46,909 nt of DNA from Calditrichota bacterium (GTDB lineage: Bacteria > Zhuqueibacterota > Zhuqueibacteria > JANLFK01 > Oleimicrobiaceae): assembly GCA_014359355.1 (NCBI GenBank), contig JACIZP010000257.1, positions 1 to 46,909 on the forward strand, written 5' to 3'. A model generated the notes under the pieces. It was not told the origin of the DNA and ran no database searches. It saw only the letters and a program-made list of their open reading frames with translations. A program made the position numbers and the translations under genes. This document shows, piece after piece, positions 1 to 8,348 of this stretch (positions are counted from its first letter, which is position 1; each line of letters starts with the position of its first letter).

Positions 1-417
1 TCTTCGTGCGCGGAGCCATCACAGAAAACACAAATGTTGGGCCGGAAGAATGAACCGGGGATGCAGCGCGGCTCCATGATGCTCCTCTTACGCTTCGTCC
101 GGCAGCCGCAGACGCCCGGAAGTTAGTGCGTCGAGGAAACTCCGTTGAAGGGAGCGCACATCGGCGAAAGTCCGGCGAGTTGTTGCTCGCGCAAGCCTTC
201 TCCAGAGAATACAGCACGAAAGGCCCGGTGAAGTCGTGCAGCCCATTGCGGCAACGAACAATCGTCCCGGGATTCATGAAACAGTCTCCACGACAAGCAC
301 CCTGCTTAGATTCATCTCTCGCGCGCCTCTCCACTTCAGCATGGGCGGTTGCCATTTTTTCAGCCGCGGGGAGGTGACATGTCTCGTGCCAAACCACCGC
401 TGCAAGGTGGCGCAGCC

Positions 418-933
418 TCACAGCCCCGCCGGGTCGACAAAAAGGTCAATCCACGGCAACTTGTACGTGAAGCGCACATAGAGCAAGGCGGAGACGACCA
501 CCAAAATGACCACCAGCACCCGGAAAACGACCGTCGGCTTGTTCCCTGCGAGCTGCTTCTCCAGCACTCCACCCATGACGCCGGAGATGTAGGTAACCGC
601 AAGCGCCCAAAGGAGCTCCACGGGCAAAGGCTCGAGCTTACCGCACAGAGCCGGACCCACATACCAAATCAGAAAGACCAGCCAGGGCACGAACACTGTT
701 GATAGCAAGCGTGAATACCAAAAGGCCGCCGTTTCGCGTACCCGCTGCTTGGCCGCGGCGTATTCGATCGCGCTGGCCGCGAGATAGGACCAAAACGCCA
801 TCTTCAGGTGCTGAAACACCGATTCGTTGGTGCCACAAAAGGGAGTGAGAACGGCCCAATGGGTCAGATCGTAGAGGAAATGGAGTACGGAAAAGAGAAG
901 CAGGTAGACGAGCGCCTTCACGTAGCTGTTCAT
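418..933 (-). CDS. uncharacterized polytopic membrane protein
   Basis: ORF 418..942 has several hydrophobic helices (ALVYLLLFSVLHFLY, VFVPWLVFLIWYV, VVFRVLVVILVVVSALLY). The ATG at 933 lies 9 nt after AGGAG, whereas the GTG at 942 abuts the AGGAG, so 933 is preferred. Confidence 0.6.
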   Translation of the reverse strand: MNSYVKALVYLLLFSVLHFLYDLTHWAVLTPFCGTNESVFQHLKMAFWSYLAASAIEYAAAKQRVRETAAFWYSRLLSTVFVPWLVFLIWYVGPALCGKLEPLPVELLWALAVTYISGVMGGVLEKQLAGNKPTVVFRVLVVILVVVSALLYVRFTYKLPWIDLFVDPAGL

Positions 934-957
934 CTCGGTCACCTCCTGCGATTGCGC

Positions 958-1842
958 TCAGCCGGCAAACAAGAGTCCCACGCCTGCGACGGCAACCAGG
1001 GCACCGACCCACGCGCGTGGCGAAGGCTTTTCTTTGTAGACCACCCGCACCACCGGGATGATGAGGATGGGCGTGGTCGCCATCAGCGTGGAGGCGATGC
1101 CTGTGGCGGTCAGCTTCACGGAGGTCAGCATCAGCCAGATGCCTAAGAACGGCCCGACAATGGCGCCGCCGGTCATGAAGGCGAGCGCTTGGCGGTTGCG
1201 CAGGGCACGGACGCCCGCCTGGGCGCGTCCCGCAACCAGCGCCAAGGCCCAGACGCCCACCACGGCGGTGGTCACGCGAATCACCGTGGCAGAAAGTGCA
1301 TCCAGGCTGTTGCCCATAGCCATCTTGGAGAGGACCAGGCCCACCCCCTGGGCAGCGGCCGCTCCGACTCCGGCGACCACACCCTCGATGTTTACGCCTT
1401 TGGCGGTGGGAGTAGCAGAGTTTCGCTCGGACACGACCCACACCACGCCGGCCAGCGTCGCCACCATACCCGCTACAGCCACAGCGCTGAGGCGTTCGTG
1501 CAGCACCACTCGCGCCGCCACTGCCGCCACCGGGGGTGCCAGCGTGCTAAGCAGGGTGGCAAGGCGCGGGCCCAGGAGCACCACGGAGCGGAAGAAGAGC
1601 GCGTCGCCCATCGCCAAGCCGAGAAAGGAGCTGCCAGTGAGCAAAGCAACCTGGCGAGAGGTTGCCCAGGTGGGCCAGAGCACACCGCGACTCACAAAGA
1701 GGGTGGAGACCAAGAAGAAGGCCCCCATAGGGATGCGCAGCAAATTGGTGGCGAAGGCCCCGACCCTTTTGCTTGCCTCGCCAAACAAAGTGGTGCCCAA
1801 CGCCCAACAGGCGGCAGTCGCCAACGCTGCCAGTTCGCCCAC
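958..1842 (-). CDS. DMT-superfamily (EamA-like) transporter
   Basis: 294 aa, about 10 hydrophobic helices in two similar halves. N-terminus ALATAACWALGTTLFGEASKRVGAF is typical of EamA repeats. GTG start. Confidence 0.8.
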   Translation of the reverse strand: MGELAALATAACWALGTTLFGEASKRVGAFATNLLRIPMGAFFLVSTLFVSRGVLWPTWATSRQVALLTGSSFLGLAMGDALFFRSVVLLGPRLATLLSTLAPPVAAVAARVVLHERLSAVAVAGMVATLAGVVWVVSERNSATPTAKGVNIEGVVAGVGAAAAQGVGLVLSKMAMGNSLDALSATVIRVTTAVVGVWALALVAGRAQAGVRALRNRQALAFMTGGAIVGPFLGIWLMLTSVKLTATGIASTLMATTPILIIPVVRVVYKEKPSPRAWVGALVAVAGVGLLFAG

Positions 1843-1889
1843 GTGCTATGCCTTTCCTCCGCGGCTGCCCTTGAGGTTGCCGCCCCTGC

Positions 1890-3086
1890 TCACGCCGCCC
1901 TCGCGCTGCTCACGCGCCCGGCATCCTGCTTTGCCACAGGGATTTCTACGATGGCGCGTGTGCCCACCCCCACCTGGCTTTCCAGATAGAAGCGGCCTCC
2001 GTGAGACTCGACAATCTGCTTGACGATGGGCAGGCCGAGGCCCGTCCCCTCTCCCTCCGCCTTGGTGGTAAAAAAGGGCTCGAAAATCTTGTCCTTGATC
2101 TCGTCAGGAATCCCCTGGCCATTGTCTTCGATGACCATGCGCACAAAGTTGCCATCCTCCGTCAAAGAGGTGGACACGGTGAGCACGCCATCGCTCTTCA
2201 TGGCGTGGGCAGCGTTGATCTCCAAGTTGCGGATCACTTGCTCGATCTGGTTGCGGTCCCCGCACACCGGTGGGAGATCTGGCGCAAAGTGTTTCTCAAT
2301 GCGAAAGCGCTTCAGCACCCCGCTGAGCACCAGCGTATCGGTCGTGTCCTCCAGCACCTCGGTCAGGTCCATGCTCTGCAGTTGTGGGCGAGCCGGCTTG
2401 CTCAACGACAGCAGGTTGCGGCCATGGAGCGCCACTTTCTCCAGATGGGTCAAGAGGCGCTGGCCTATTTTCCGCACCTCCTCCTGGTTGTCGGCGCGGC
2501 GCAGCAAGAGCTGAGTCTCCACCAGCAAGCCGCTGACCAAGTTGTTCAGCTCGTGGCCGATGCTGCCGGCGATCACTCCGAGGGTCGCCTGCTTCTCCGA
2601 CTGGATGAGTTGTTCCTGCGCCCTCTTCTGCTCGGTAATGTCCTTGTAGATGAGGGAGACAAACTGCACTGTGCCGTCCTCGCCGAGAATGGGCGTGGCC
2701 GAGATGAGGACGTTGCGCGGCTGGCCTTCCTTGGTGTACCGCACCGCCTCGTAAACGCGCACCACCTTGCCGGCGCGAATTTGGCTGTTGACATAGTCGC
2801 TGGACGGACTGACGTCCGGCCGGATGATCAGATCATCGAGGGTCTTGCCGAGCGCTTCCTGTTCAGTGTAGCCGAACACCTCCTCGGCACCCTTGTTCCA
2901 GGAAAGCACGCGCAGGTTGCGATCGACGGTCATGATGGCGTCCGTCGCGCCGTCCACGATGGAGCGGTACAGGTGCTCGGACTTGCGCAAGTCGGCGGTC
3001 ATCTCGGCAAAGAGGTCGCGGAGCCGCGCAGCATATTCGGCCAGCTCTCGTTCGTACTTCTGTGCCTTGCTTGTGGATGTCACCAC
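1890..3086 (-). CDS. PAS-domain sensor histidine kinase
   Basis: PAS segment [17 protein letters not shown]-box [13 protein letters not shown]. ATPase boxes [26 protein letters not shown]. The ORF extends to 3299, but GTG at 3086/3083 follows GAGG and precedes the coiled-coil/PAS region. The start is uncertain. Confidence 0.8.
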   Translation of the reverse strand: MVTSTSKAQKYERELAEYAARLRDLFAEMTADLRKSEHLYRSIVDGATDAIMTVDRNLRVLSWNKGAEEVFGYTEQEALGKTLDDLIIRPDVSPSSDYVNSQIRAGKVVRVYEAVRYTKEGQPRNVLISATPILGEDGTVQFVSLIYKDITEQKRAQEQLIQSEKQATLGVIAGSIGHELNNLVSGLLVETQLLLRRADNQEEVRKIGQRLLTHLEKVALHGRNLLSLSKPARPQLQSMDLTEVLEDTTDTLVLSGVLKRFRIEKHFAPDLPPVCGDRNQIEQVIRNLEINAAHAMKSDGVLTVSTSLTEDGNFVRMVIEDNGQGIPDEIKDKIFEPFFTTKAEGEGTGLGLPIVKQIVESHGGRFYLESQVGVGTRAIVEIPVAKQDAGRVSSARAA

Positions 3087-3248
3087 TGCTGATACCTCGC
3101 AAAGATGCGCAAACCCCGCGGCGTTGCGCGGGGACAGATTCACGGCCGCTGCAAAGTAACAAAATCGCGCAGCAAAATCAAGCAGAAATCTGCGCCCTTG
3201 CAGCTTTGCTCGGAAGCTCGGCCACTTCGCGCAACCAGGAAAAATGTC

Positions 3249-3277
3249 TTGACAATGGCACTGCGCCTCCGTACATT
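3249..3277 (+). promoter_or_regulatory. candidate sigma-70-type promoter (TTGACA-17-TACATT)
   Basis: TTGACA at 3249..3254, a 17-nt spacer, then TACATT at 3272..3277, in the divergent intergenic region about 230 nt upstream of the 3506 start. Confidence 0.3.
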
Positions 3278-3505
3278 TGGGCCACGCTCCGAGCAGCAAG
3301 ACGGGACGGCACGCACCGAGGGAACCTGGGGCTTGAACCGCGGAGCGACGCAGAATGCTGCCACAAGCGGCAGATCAACGGTGCTGCCTCCGCGTAGTGC
3401 CTTATCCTGACGGCTACACCCGGCATGCCTCCGGTTACGTTCGCGTTGGCACAAGGTGAGAAACACTGACTGAGTCAGCTCCGCCACACCAGAGGAGGGA
3501 ACAGG

Positions 3506-3916
3506 GTGCAACGAGTCTTTTTTGTCCTGGGGGTGGCAAACAATGTGATGCTCATTGCGGTGTTTGTCCTGCGCGTGCGGCACATGGCCCTGCTGGAGCG
3601 GTTTGGCTGGGCATACCTGCTCTTAGCTCTGCCTGCGGCCTACGCCCTGCTTCTTACACGCAGCCACCCACAGGGAGTGCAGTACGCGGTGTTTTTGAGC
3701 ATCTTCTTGGCGTTCTTAGCTCTTGAAGGGCTGTTCGACTTTGTGCTCCGCCTCCCCTTCCGCGAGCAGTGGCGCCTGTTGGCGCCGTATCTCATGCTGT
3801 ACTTTGCCATGAACTATGGCTTCGTAGTCATGAGCTGGAAAGCCTCACCCAAGCAGGGCCTGGTCATGCTCGCGCTCTTCGTGCTGCAGATAGCAGCGAA
3901 CATTGCCACCCATTAG
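3506..3916 (+). CDS. small membrane protein, unknown function
   Basis: 136 aa with 4 predicted helices. GTG start 7 nt after GGAGGG. Confidence 0.55.
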   Translation: MQRVFFVLGVANNVMLIAVFVLRVRHMALLERFGWAYLLLALPAAYALLLTRSHPQGVQYAVFLSIFLAFLALEGLFDFVLRLPFREQWRLLAPYLMLYFAMNYGFVVMSWKASPKQGLVMLALFVLQIAANIATH

Positions 3917-3976
3917 CCGTATGCACGGGCGAATGGCTACGCCCCAGAAGTGTACCTGCACTGCGGGAGGGAAAAG

Positions 3977-4495
3977 ATGGCACGATCAAGGGCGAAGGGC
4001 TCCGCCTCTGTGGCGGAGTCCGGTTCGGCGCTCCACAGGTTCATCCATGGCCTGCGGCACCTTGCCGCCTCTTTGGCTCTGCAGCCGCACGAGTATCAGT
4101 CCCGTCGGCGACTGGGTGGGCTGCCCATGCTGAGCATCAACCTTGGGCCGGAGACTTCGGACGGCCAGCTCCGCCATGCGCGGGGCATCATCGCCATCGG
4201 CACCAAGGCCACGGGCGTGGTGGCCATCGGCATATTCTCGGCCATCGGGGTCGTCGCGCTGGGCTTTCTCACCGCCGGTGTCGTGGGAGTAAGCATCGCT
4301 GGCGTCGGTCTGCTCACGGTGAGTGTGTTCGGCTTAGGCGGCATCAGCGTGTCTGCTCTCGCGATCGGCTACATAGCGGTCGGCGTGTTGGCAGTGGGCA
4401 TGCGCGCCCTCGGCGTGGTGGCAATCGGGGTGAAGGCAGTGGGCATAGTGGCCCTTGGGCGCAGTGTGCGCACCCTGTTCGCACTCTGGCGCTGA
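3977..4495 (+). CDS. membrane protein with tandem Gly/Ala/Val-rich repeats
   Basis: ATG at 3977 follows GGGAGGG. A basic N-terminal region is followed by about 110 aa of reiterated AIG/ALG/AVG units (GVVAIGIFSAIGVVALGFLTAGVVGVSIAGVGLL...GVVAIGVKAVGIVALG). Confidence 0.55.
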   Translation: MARSRAKGSASVAESGSALHRFIHGLRHLAASLALQPHEYQSRRRLGGLPMLSINLGPETSDGQLRHARGIIAIGTKATGVVAIGIFSAIGVVALGFLTAGVVGVSIAGVGLLTVSVFGLGGISVSALAIGYIAVGVLAVGMRALGVVAIGVKAVGIVALGRSVRTLFALWR

Positions 4496-4950
4496 AGCAC
4501 GCTGCGAGGTCTCGGCACCTGTCCAGCCCGGGCTGTTCCTGGGTCGAGGAGGGCCGAAGCGCCAGCAAGCACGGCCTTTCGCCGCACACCGCACGGTCCC
4601 GCCATGTGGCCAGCACGACCTTGCTCCGCTCTGCCATACAGCAGCGGCGGAGCGGATCACAAACGAAGGGCCTCGTCAGCAACGTCAGCGGGCGCCCGCA
4701 GACTCAAGGCTCACAAAGCCTCGGCGAGCGAAGAAGCCACGGACGTTGTAGGCAACGAACGGCGTACTCCAACCCGGACACCTCGAATAGCGCCACTCCC
4801 CCAAGAGCCTTGATGGGCAACCGGAGGCTGCTACCCCGGAACACGGGCTCCTTCGCCTCTGGCCTCTACACCTGTTCTTCCCCAAGAAGCTATCGGTGGG
4901 TCAGCTCCCTCGTCGTGCGCTCGCAGTGTCGCAATACGCGCCTCCCCCGC

Positions 4951-5940
4951 TCAGGATGCCCATTGTTGCTTCATCTGCTCCCGGGTGTAGTCGATGACCT
5001 TTTGCAAAATTTCATCCAGGCTGAACTTTGGCTGGTAGCCGATGAGTTGCCGGATCTTGGTCAAGTCCGGCACGCGCACGCGCATATCCTCAAACCCGGC
5101 CTCGTAAGCCTTTTCGTAGGGGATGTAGACAATCTCGGAGGGGGAACCGGATAGTCGCTTAATGCGCTCCGCCAGCTCGGCAATGGTAATCGCCTGATTG
5201 TTGCCGACGTTGTAGATCTGCCCCTCTGCCGCCGGATGCTCTGCTAAGGCAATGAGCGCCTCCACCACGTCGGCCACGTAGGTGAAGCAACGCACCTGGG
5301 AGCCGTCGCCGTACACAGTGATGGGCTCGCCCCGCAGGGCCTGGCCCACCATGCGCGGGATCACCATGCCGTAGCGCCCGGTTTGCCGCGGCCCCACAGT
5401 GTTGAACAGCCGCGCAATGACCGTGCGCAAGCCCTTCTGCTTGTGGTAGGCCAGGGCGAGGAACTCGTCGATGCCCTTGGAGGCTGAGTAGCTCCAGCGG
5501 CTCTTGGTGGTGGGCCCCAACAGCCGGTCGTCGTCCTCTTTGAACGGCACCGCTTCGCTCTTGCCGTAGATTTCCGAAGTCGAGGTGATCAGCACCTTGC
5601 GCAGGTAGCGGTTAGCCAGGCGCAGCACCACATGCGTACCCAAAATGTTTGTCTCGATGACCTCCACGGGCCTGCTGACGATGAGCTCGACGCCCACTGC
5701 CGCAGCCAGATGGTAGATGATGTCGCACTCCGAGACCAGCCGGTCCATGACCGTCTCATTGAGAATCGTCTCCACCGCCACATGGAAGCGCGGATTGTCC
5801 CGCAGGTGCTGGATGTTCTTGAGCGTACCCGTGGATAGATCGTCAATAGCCCACACCTCGTAGCCGCGGCGCAGCAGTTCCTCGCAGAGATGCGAGCCGA
5901 TAAACCCTGCGCCGCCCGTCACCAGTATGCGCATGCGCAC
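4951..5940 (-). CDS. NAD-dependent nucleotide-sugar epimerase/dehydratase (extended SDR)
   Basis: Rossmann motif VTGGAGFIGSHL, catalytic YSASK (YxxxK), 329 aa. Confidence 0.85.
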   Translation of the reverse strand: MRMRILVTGGAGFIGSHLCEELLRRGYEVWAIDDLSTGTLKNIQHLRDNPRFHVAVETILNETVMDRLVSECDIIYHLAAAVGVELIVSRPVEVIETNILGTHVVLRLANRYLRKVLITSTSEIYGKSEAVPFKEDDDRLLGPTTKSRWSYSASKGIDEFLALAYHKQKGLRTVIARLFNTVGPRQTGRYGMVIPRMVGQALRGEPITVYGDGSQVRCFTYVADVVEALIALAEHPAAEGQIYNVGNNQAITIAELAERIKRLSGSPSEIVYIPYEKAYEAGFEDMRVRVPDLTKIRQLIGYQPKFSLDEILQKVIDYTREQMKQQWAS

Positions 5941-5951
5941 TCCTTTCCTGT

Positions 5952-7073
5952 TCAGTCCTGTTCCTTGGGTGCCCCTCTGCGTCGCCGAATGTGCATCAGG
6001 GAAACGATAATCGCAAAGATGACGAACTCATTCAAGAGCACCAGGATGCTCTGCCAGACGTTGAGGCTGGGGAGCAGCGCGGCCCCTACGCCCACGCCAA
6101 AGGTCACGAGGTACAAAAAGAGCACCGCCTGTCTGGGCGTCATGCCCATGTCCATCAGACGGTGGGAGAAGTGGCAGCGGTCCCCGACCCAGATCGGTCG
6201 CCCTTCGCGAAGGCGGATGAACACCACGGAGAACGTGTCAAAAAGGGGTACCCCAAGCACCAGCAGCGGCAAGATGACCGGGAGCAGGCCCGGACTGCCT
6301 GGAACCACGTACGAGCCGACCAGCGTCAGACAGGCAAGCACATAGCCCATGAACAGGCTGCCAGCGTCGCCCATGAAGATGCTGGCCGGGTAAAAGTTGT
6401 AGCGCAGGAAGCCCAGCACTGCCCCCACCAGCGCAGCGAGCATCAGCGCCGTGAAGACTTGACCTTGCAACGCTACCACAGCAAAAAGCACGCTGGCGGC
6501 GATTGCGGCGATCCCAGCGGCTGCACCGTCGGTATTGTCCAGGAGATTGAAAGAGTTGGTTATGCCCACGATCCAGAGCAGCGATATGAGATAATCCAGG
6601 GCCACGCCCGGCATGAAGCTGGTGCGTATTCCCACGGCAATGGCCGTGAGGGCCGCTACCGTCTGCCCGGCAAGTTTCACCCGCGGCGAGAAGTGGATGC
6701 CGGTCAGGTCGTCCGCCGTGCCCACACCGGTGACCACCGTGGCGCCCAGGAGAATGCCAACCACCTTAGGCAAGACGTGGCGCAGGCGGGAGACCTGGAC
6801 CACAAGCGGCGCCAGGTAATCAGCCACGAGCGGATTAGAGCGCAACAAGAGGAAAAGGCCGATGTTCGCCACCACCACAAGGAGAAAAGTGGCATACATG
6901 GCGATGCCGCCCAACAACGGCATCGGCTTGGCATGCGCCTTGCGCGAGATGGGCCGGTCCAGCACCCCCAACTGCAGGGCAAGACGTCGACAACACGGCA
7001 CCAGCAGCAGTGCCAGCCCGAAAGAGCTGACCAGCACGTACGCATAGAGCAAGGCTTTGAACTGCCAGGTCAT
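5952..7073 (-). CDS. MraY/WecA-family polyprenyl-phosphate sugar-1-phosphate transferase (glycosyltransferase family 4)
   Basis: About 10 TM helices with NSFNLLDNTDGAAAG and FMGDAGSLFMGY motifs. The ATG overlaps the upstream stop (ATGA). Confidence 0.85.
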   Translation of the reverse strand: MTWQFKALLYAYVLVSSFGLALLLVPCCRRLALQLGVLDRPISRKAHAKPMPLLGGIAMYATFLLVVVANIGLFLLLRSNPLVADYLAPLVVQVSRLRHVLPKVVGILLGATVVTGVGTADDLTGIHFSPRVKLAGQTVAALTAIAVGIRTSFMPGVALDYLISLLWIVGITNSFNLLDNTDGAAAGIAAIAASVLFAVVALQGQVFTALMLAALVGAVLGFLRYNFYPASIFMGDAGSLFMGYVLACLTLVGSYVVPGSPGLLPVILPLLVLGVPLFDTFSVVFIRLREGRPIWVGDRCHFSHRLMDMGMTPRQAVLFLYLVTFGVGVGAALLPSLNVWQSILVLLNEFVIFAIIVSLMHIRRRRGAPKEQD

Positions 7074-8287
7074 CGCACCAGTGCCTCCAAAAGGTGGGCG
7101 AGCCTCTCGGCCTGGGCGCGGCGCGAGAAATGCTGCTCCACGTAGCGCCTGCCGTTGGCTCCCAGGCGACGCGCCAGAGCGCGGTCTTTTGCCAGACGCA
7201 GGATCGCCCGGGCAAGGGCCTCGGGGTCCTCGGGTTCCACAAAGACTCCCCCCTGAGCCTCTTCCAGCACGCGGCGTGCTTCCCCGTCCACCGCCAGCAG
7301 CACTGGCCTGCTGCAGGCCCAGGCGTCGAACATCTTGGAGGGCAAGGCGCCTGTGAAAAGCGGCTTCCTCTTCAGCGGCACGATACAGGCGTCGGCGGCA
7401 GAGATAAGCTCCGGAATCCGCTCGCGGGGCACTTCGTCAAGGAGGAGCAGGTTGTCAAGGCGCCACTGCTGCACCAAAGCGCGCACCTGCTCCTTGACCG
7501 GCCCCTCACCCACGAAGACAAAACGGACGTCGGAGTGGTCCTTCAAAAGCCGGGCCGCTGCGCAGAGCACTTCCATCCCCTGGGCAATGCCGAAGATTCC
7601 GGCATACATGGCCACGAATTCATCCCTTAGGCCCCATTCCCTGCGCGCCCCTTGCCCGCGGTCATAGAACAGCTCGGTGTTCGTGCCGTTGGGGATGAAG
7701 ACCAGCTTCTCCTCGGCCACCCCTCGGGAACGAAGCACCTCGAAGATGCCTCTGGTCACCACCGGCACCGCCAGGGCATTCCGGTAAAGGGCCAGCTCCA
7801 ACTTTTCAGCCAAGTGAGCGTAGGTACGGCTGCGTATCTCGCCCAACTCCACTGCCGAGAGTGGCCAGACGTCGCGTACCTCGAACACAAACCGCGTACG
7901 GCGGACGCGCGCAATGGCCAGGCCTGCTGCGCCGACAAAGAGAGGCGGCGACGTGGCAAAGACCACGTCGAAACGCTTGCGGTCAAGCATGCCTGTCAGC
8001 GAGGCCATAAAGGCGAACGAAAGGTAGAACGCTAAGCGAGTGGCAAAGGTTTTGCGCGGCGAGGTCATCACCCAGACGCGCAGGACCTCCACGCCATCAA
8101 GCCTCTCGCGCACCAGGAGCTTGCCCCGGTAGCCCGCGTGAATGATGCCCTTTGGGTGATTCGGCACCTCGGTCAAGACAGTGACCTTATGCCCCATGCG
8201 CACCAGATTCGTCGCCATTTCGTAGGCGCGGTTCTGTGTAGCCCCCACCTCCGGGGGGAAGTATTGCGAAAGGTAGAGGATATTCAC
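7070..8287 (-). CDS. GT4-family (WbuB-like) glycosyltransferase
   Basis: N-terminus MNILYLSQYFPPEVGATQNRAYEMA is typical of WbuB-like GT-B enzymes. 405 aa. Confidence 0.85.
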   Translation of the reverse strand: MNILYLSQYFPPEVGATQNRAYEMATNLVRMGHKVTVLTEVPNHPKGIIHAGYRGKLLVRERLDGVEVLRVWVMTSPRKTFATRLAFYLSFAFMASLTGMLDRKRFDVVFATSPPLFVGAAGLAIARVRRTRFVFEVRDVWPLSAVELGEIRSRTYAHLAEKLELALYRNALAVPVVTRGIFEVLRSRGVAEEKLVFIPNGTNTELFYDRGQGARREWGLRDEFVAMYAGIFGIAQGMEVLCAAARLLKDHSDVRFVFVGEGPVKEQVRALVQQWRLDNLLLLDEVPRERIPELISAADACIVPLKRKPLFTGALPSKMFDAWACSRPVLLAVDGEARRVLEEAQGGVFVEPEDPEALARAILRLAKDRALARRLGANGRRYVEQHFSRRAQAERLAHLLEALVR

Positions 8288-8348
8288 GTCAGTTGGGCAG
8301 ATTCCTCGGTGTCCAAGAAGCTTCTCTCTCTCAGTTGGCTGGCAGATG

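Noticed and set aside
1-277. Two open minus-strand frames at the left edge. One starts ATG at 277 (MNPGTIVRCRNGLHDF..). The other starts ATG at 77 after AGAGGAG (MEPRCIPGSFFRPNICVFCDGSAHE..) and runs off the window.
   Set aside because: They overlap in different frames and neither reaches a recognisable motif before the edge. The 77-start has the better RBS and a PD-(D/E)xK-like flavour, but 25 residues are too few to call.
1058-2023. Long antisense or overlapping ORFs throughout the window, e.g. 1058..2023(+), 2001..3092(+), 3769..5154(+), 5991..7145(+), 12837..14468(+), 16855..18786(+), 20549..21898(-), 31594..32958(-), 34760..36562(-), 40935..42119(+).
   Set aside because: They lie opposite or out of frame to genes with clear family motifs. 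They are Arg/Pro/Gly/His-rich low-complexity translations typical of shadow ORFs in GC-rich DNA, and they lack RBS-linked starts.
3326-3420. Partial resemblance to conserved strings of the c-di-GMP-I (GEMM) riboswitch (ACGCAC... and GACGCAGAA).
   Set aside because: The hairpin that should sit between the two strings, with a GNRA loop, cannot be drawn convincingly, and the GGCAAAC segment is incomplete. I treat it as chance similarity unless cmsearch says otherwise.
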